Assembly (NCBI GenBank): GCA_016927275.1
Contig: JAFGMW010000030.1
Span: forward strand, 8,135-72,134
DNA length: 64,000 nucleotides
DNA from: Pseudomonadota bacterium
GTDB lineage: Bacteria; UBA10199; 2-02-FULL-44-16; JAAZCA01
Direction: 5' to 3'
Of this stretch, positions 60,032 through 64,000 are shown piece by piece. The notes beneath the pieces are model-generated. The model made no database searches and was not told where the DNA came from. It saw only the letters and a program-made list of their open reading frames with translations. Position 1 is the first letter of the stretch, and each line of letters starts with the position of its first letter. Made by a program: the position numbers and the translations under genes.

Positions 60032-60183
60032 TTCCCCCTCCTTTTGAAAAAAGGTTTTGATTCCAAACGTTTGCTAATTTCTAACGGAATTATAATTAAT
60101 TAGGCGGATTGAGTCAAACTTTTTTCTACAATTATGCACAATTATATTTAATTGATGGTCAACTTCAGGAGATGAACGCGCGA

Positions 60184-61128
60184 TCAGAGCGCGTCGGCCG
60201 GAGCTGCGAGGGCCTCCTCGGCGAGCCTCGACGCGCGTCCGCCCGCGTGCCTGATGTGACCGGTCACCGCGACGATCATGCCGAGCACGCACAGCGCCCC
60301 GCCTGCGCCGACCCGTGCATCGATCGGCTCGCCCAGCGCCGCGTTCGCGATCAGCGCACCCGCCACCGGCTGGATGAAGATCGTGAACTCCATCACCGAC
60401 AGCGGCACGCGGCCGAGCACCGCGACCCACGCGGTGTATCCGAGCGCCGTGCAGATCACCGCGAGGTATCCGATCGCGAAGAGCGACCGTCCGTCGAGCG
60501 GCACGGCGAAGCCTTGCCTCATCTGCATGGGGACCGCCAGCGCGCACGCCGCGGTGAAGAGCACGCCGGCGAACAGGACCGCGGCCGGCCTGCGCGCGGA
60601 CGCGGGCTTGAGGATGATCGAGAAGAACGCCTCGGTCAGGAGGCCGGCCACGATGAGCAGATTGCCGACCCCGACACCTCCCCCGGCGAAACCGAGGCTC
60701 TTCGGATCGAAGCCCGAGAGCCTTGCCAGCCCCGCCAGGGCGATCGCGAGGCCGGCGAGGGTGGTGAAGAGCATGCGCTCCCTGAGAACGATGCAGGCAA
60801 GCGCTATCGCCCAGACAGGCTCGAAGACGTACAGCAGCGACGCGTCGATGGCGTTGGAGAGCTCGACGCCCTTGACCGTGGAGTAGCTCGAGAACGCGAT
60901 GAGGAGCCCTGCCAGGGCGACCCTCGCCCCGTCCCTCCATCCGATGCGCAGATCATGGCGGCGCGCCGCGATCCAGAGCGCGAGGATCGCGAAGGCGGCG
61001 ACGAGCCGCCAGAAGACGAGCGAGAGCGGGTCCATGGAGCCCAGCCCGTACTTCATGACCGAGTAAGAGCCGGCCCAGAAGAGGTTCATGACGATGAGGA
61101 GCGCTATCCATGCGCCGGGGCCGGACAT
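60184..61128 (-). CDS. EamA/DMT family transporter
   Basis: 10-TM protein with duplicated EamA domains. Confidence 0.7.
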   Translation of the reverse strand: MSGPGAWIALLIVMNLFWAGSYSVMKYGLGSMDPLSLVFWRLVAAFAILALWIAARRHDLRIGWRDGARVALAGLLIAFSSYSTVKGVELSNAIDASLLYVFEPVWAIALACIVLRERMLFTTLAGLAIALAGLARLSGFDPKSLGFAGGGVGVGNLLIVAGLLTEAFFSIILKPASARRPAAVLFAGVLFTAACALAVPMQMRQGFAVPLDGRSLFAIGYLAVICTALGYTAWVAVLGRVPLSVMEFTIFIQPVAGALIANAALGEPIDARVGAGGALCVLGMIVAVTGHIRHAGGRASRLAEEALAAPADAL

Positions 61129-61131
61129 CGG

Positions 61132-61917
61132 TCATCTCCCCCCGGCCGCGCGCATCGCCCTCATGACGCGTATCGCCGCGCATGCGGCGCCGAAGCCGTT
61201 GTCGATGTTGACGACCGAAACCCCCTCCGAGCAGCTGCAGAGCATGTTGAGGAGCGCGGCCACGCCATTGAAGCTCGCGCCGTAGCCCACGCTAGTGGGG
61301 ACTGCGATGACGGGGGAGCTCACCAGCCCGCCGACCACGCTGGGCAGCGCCCCGTCCATGCCCGCTGCCACGATGAGCGCAGCCGCCCCCCTTATCTCCT
61401 CGAGGCACGCAAACAGCCTGTGGAGACCTGCGACCCCCACGTCGTAGTGCCTGGTCGGCTCCACGCCGAAGAACTCCGCGGTCCTGAGCGCCTCCTCGGC
61501 AACGGGGATGTCTGCCGTGCCCGCGGCGAGCACCGCGAGCCTCCCTGGGATCGGCTCCGGCCGCCTCTGCATGATGCTGAAGGTGCGGCTGACATGGTCC
61601 GCCTTCACCCCCTTGAACGCGGACTCGATCGTGCGGATCAGCGACTCGTCGGCCCTCGTTCCGAAGGCGTTCATGCCCCTGTCCACCGCGGCTGCGACGA
61701 TCGCCCTCACGTGTTCGGGCCTCTTGCCCTCGCAGAGGATCACCTCGGCGAAGCCGTTTCGGAGCGGCCTGTGTCCGTCGTGCTTGGCGACGCCGATATC
61801 CGCGAACGGGAGCGCCGAGATCCTCTTCAGCGCCTCCCCAGGCGCGAGCTCGCCCGACGCGACCTCATCGAGCATCTGTCTTATCATGTCCCGGTCCACC
61901 CTCTCCCCTCCATTCAC
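61132..61917 (-). CDS. larB: nickel-pincer cofactor biosynthesis protein LarB (PurE-like)
   Basis: LarB N-domain plus PurE-fold C-domain (AVLAAGTADIPVAEEA...GVAGLHRL). Confidence 0.7.
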   Translation of the reverse strand: MNGGERVDRDMIRQMLDEVASGELAPGEALKRISALPFADIGVAKHDGHRPLRNGFAEVILCEGKRPEHVRAIVAAAVDRGMNAFGTRADESLIRTIESAFKGVKADHVSRTFSIMQRRPEPIPGRLAVLAAGTADIPVAEEALRTAEFFGVEPTRHYDVGVAGLHRLFACLEEIRGAAALIVAAGMDGALPSVVGGLVSSPVIAVPTSVGYGASFNGVAALLNMLCSCSEGVSVVNIDNGFGAACAAIRVMRAMRAAGGR

Positions 61918-61947
61918 CTTCGAGCTTTGAGCTTCGAGCTTCGAAGA

Positions 61948-62748
61948 TCATCCCCTCGCCCCGCCGGTCCTGTAGCCTGTGAGATCCATGACCACGAACC
62001 GCCAGCCCAGCCCGCGGATCTTCCGAACGACCTCCGCGCGCCTCGCGGCGAGAAGCCCCATCTCGGCCGGCTCGACCTCGATCCTGGCCAGATCGCCGTG
62101 ATGCCTCACCCTCACCTGGCTCGCGCCGGCCGCGCGCACGGCCTCCTCGGCCCGGTCGATCCGCTCCAGGATCTCCTGCGTGATCGGCACCCCGGTCGGG
62201 ATCCTGGATGCGAGGCATGCGGCCGAGGGCCTGTCTGCGGTCGGTATCTCGAGCCCGCGCGCCATGAGCCTCACCTCGCCCTTGCTGATCCCCGCCTCGA
62301 CGAGAGGGGTGATAGCCCTCGGGTTCTCCTCCGACGCCCTCATGCCGGGGCGGTGGCCGTCGAGGTCAGACGCGTTCGTTCCCTCCACGACGTATCGGAA
62401 CCCCCTGCGGTCCGCGAACTCGACGAGCCTGGCGAGCAGGCGCCTCTTGCAGAAGTAGCAGCGGTCGTCCGGGTTGGCAGCGTAGTCGGGATCGGAGAGC
62501 TCGTCGGTCTCGACGAATTCATGCGGTATGGAGAAGATGGCGGCCAGCTCCGGGCAGAGAGCACGGTCCGAGGACCTAAGGCTCGGCGAGAGGGCGGTGA
62601 CCGCGACCATGCGCCCGCCCAGCTCCTGCCTCGCGAGCACAGCCAGGAGCGAGGAGTCCACACCCCCTGAAAATGCAACGACGGCGCTCTCCAGTGATCG
62701 GAGGCGCCGCCTCAGCAGATCCTGTTTTGTCGCCAGGTCCACGCTCAT
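61948..62748 (-). CDS. larE: ATP-dependent sacrificial sulfur transferase LarE
   Basis: PP-loop AFSGGVDSS and LarE-like Cys region (AACLASRIP). Confidence 0.7.
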   Translation of the reverse strand: MSVDLATKQDLLRRRLRSLESAVVAFSGGVDSSLLAVLARQELGGRMVAVTALSPSLRSSDRALCPELAAIFSIPHEFVETDELSDPDYAANPDDRCYFCKRRLLARLVEFADRRGFRYVVEGTNASDLDGHRPGMRASEENPRAITPLVEAGISKGEVRLMARGLEIPTADRPSAACLASRIPTGVPITQEILERIDRAEEAVRAAGASQVRVRHHGDLARIEVEPAEMGLLAARRAEVVRKIRGLGWRFVVMDLTGYRTGGARG

Positions 62749-63395
62749 GTGGCCGTGAGCAGGTACTGCCTCAGCTCGCCGACCGTCTCAGCTATCGAGT
62801 CGGCGCCCGCCTGCACCAGCTCCTCCTTTGTGCCGTATCCGTACGATACGCCTATCGTGGGGCAGGAGCACTTCTTGGCCGCCTCGATGTCCACCCCGCG
62901 ATCGCCTATGACGAAGGCCTTCTTGATCGACTCCTTCTTCATGACGTGCTTGAGGAGGTCCGATTTGTTGGAGCGAACGCCGCCCAGCTCGCTGCCGTAG
63001 ACCGAGGTGAACAGCGGCTTGATGCCCAGGTGATCCAGCACCATGTCGCACGATACCTGCGGCTTGATGGATGCCACCACGATCCTTCCACGGTGGGAGA
63101 CCGCCTCGAGCAGCCCCACGATCCCGGGGTAGAGCCTGTGCTCGGCGATCCCCTCCTTGTGGAAGCGCTCCCTGTAGGAATCGACGCACTGCTTGAGGAA
63201 CCGCTTGTCCTTCCTGCCCGTGATCTCGGCGAAGACGGTCTCGAGGCCGAAGCCGATGTAGCGCTTGAGCCTCTCGATGGGCACCGGCTTGATGCCGTGC
63301 TTCTTGAGCGCGAAGTTTATGCAGCGCGGGATGGCGGTGCCCGGATTGACCACCGTGCCGTCCAGATCGAAGATGAAGTTGATTGTGCTGGCCAT
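62745..63395 (-). CDS. HAD-superfamily phosphatase (phosphoglycolate phosphatase-like)
   Basis: Motif I FDLDGTV, and motifs KxxxxSIK and GDRGVD. Confidence 0.7.
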   Translation of the reverse strand: MASTINFIFDLDGTVVNPGTAIPRCINFALKKHGIKPVPIERLKRYIGFGLETVFAEITGRKDKRFLKQCVDSYRERFHKEGIAEHRLYPGIVGLLEAVSHRGRIVVASIKPQVSCDMVLDHLGIKPLFTSVYGSELGGVRSNKSDLLKHVMKKESIKKAFVIGDRGVDIEAAKKCSCPTIGVSYGYGTKEELVQAGADSIAETVGELRQYLLTAT

Positions 63396-63626
63396 AGCGG
63401 CGCTCTATATCCTGAGTGGCTTTAGCCTTTCAAGTGAAAAGTGGCAATTAGCTGATTTTATTAATGATTAGTGGCATTTCAGGAAAGAGGGGCAGTCTGG
63501 CCGCAGTTTTTGCTCCCCGGAAATTCAGCCCCAACAAGGAGCCGTTACATAATTCGCAGTAATTTCCAATAAAAATAAGATAAGCATTAATGTATATTAT
63601 TATTTATTAATTTAAATACTTGGTTT

Positions 63627-63995
63627 TTATAAACTAATCAGCTCGTCATCCAGGTCTTTGCGCCGGCTCAGCCTCACCTGTTTGACAGGTTCGACCTTCA
63701 CGAACGGCGAGAGCTCGTCGGGAACACCCCCGCCCGAATTCCATCCGGAGGACTTTGCCAGCGCCTTGAACGAGCCCCAGTTTATGTCAGCGACCTTGTC
63801 CCAGAGACCCAGGGCATGCATCGCATGCTCAAAGCGGTCGCGGCTGATCTCCTCCTTCTTCGGATAGCTGATCCTGAAGTCGTCCTTTATGGTGAGGAAG
63901 TGGGTGTCGCCGAAGAGCCTCGTCACCTTCTCCAGGGCCCCCTTCTCCGCCGCCTTGGCCTTCAGGCGCTCCAGCTCCGCCTCGACCTGCTTCAT
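63627..63995 (-). CDS. hypothetical protein (N-terminus beyond window)
   Basis: ORF open to the window end. No recognisable motif. Confidence 0.35.
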   Translation of the reverse strand: MKQVEAELERLKAKAAEKGALEKVTRLFGDTHFLTIKDDFRISYPKKEEISRDRFEHAMHALGLWDKVADINWGSFKALAKSSGWNSGGGVPDELSPFVKVEPVKQVRLSRRKDLDDELISL

Positions 63996-64000
63996 CCTCT

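Overview
This is a 64-kb window of a high-GC (about 65-67%) bacterial chromosome with dense, mostly housekeeping coding on both strands. Read left to right, the genes I can support are:
- sppA, ihfB, a HIT protein and mutS, plus an amidase gene and glnD;
- two divergent OPT peptide transporters flanking a SnoaL-like gene, followed by an orphan PqqD-like gene, miaB, tilS and ftsH;
- folP, glmM, pdxJ, acpS, nnr, tsaE, lpdA and lysC, all on the + strand;
- a giant 1598-aa exported protein carrying Myxococcus-type cysteine-rich repeats and a MYXO-CTERM-like sorting tail, which together with the GC content points to a Myxococcales-like deltaproteobacterium;
- then an OmpA-like gene, recG and lipA;
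- on the - strand: shc, rpoH, pyrC, pyrB, pyrR, lepB, lepA, argS, two M16 peptidases, speB, pdaD, larB and larE.

No rRNA, tRNA or CRISPR array was seen by eye. Several features beyond the gene list deserve a second look.
1. A dispersed family of heptanucleotide tandem repeats (unit YACGAGT / GTSACGA) occurs at seven or more loci. Most copies sit in short intra-operon spacers in a REP-like manner. Two copies are in frame inside miaB and inside the squalene-hopene cyclase gene.
2. A lower-GC island (about 41.5-43.6 kb) carries an FGE-sulfatase-fold gene flanked by roughly 50-bp direct repeats. It also carries two head-to-head Avd-like four-helix-bundle genes that share an imperfect palindromic control region. 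This is DGR-like, but I find no reverse transcriptase or template repeat in the window.
3. An unlisted 33-codon ORF encodes an almost pure poly-lysine peptide. It has a strong SD and is followed by an intrinsic terminator and alternative hairpin, immediately upstream of the pdaD-speB putrescine operon. This is a leader-peptide attenuator architecture.
4. A three-gene operon of paralogous small membrane/coiled-coil proteins has its own promoter and terminator.
5. Smaller observations:
- short AT-rich patches sit inside mutS and folP;
- a sigma-54 promoter with duplicated upstream sites precedes the giant exported protein;
- several AT-rich intergenic regulatory islands contain direct or inverted repeats.

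Many long ORFs lie antisense to real genes and are high-GC artefacts. My coordinates for re-chosen start codons follow the frames of the supplied ORF table.
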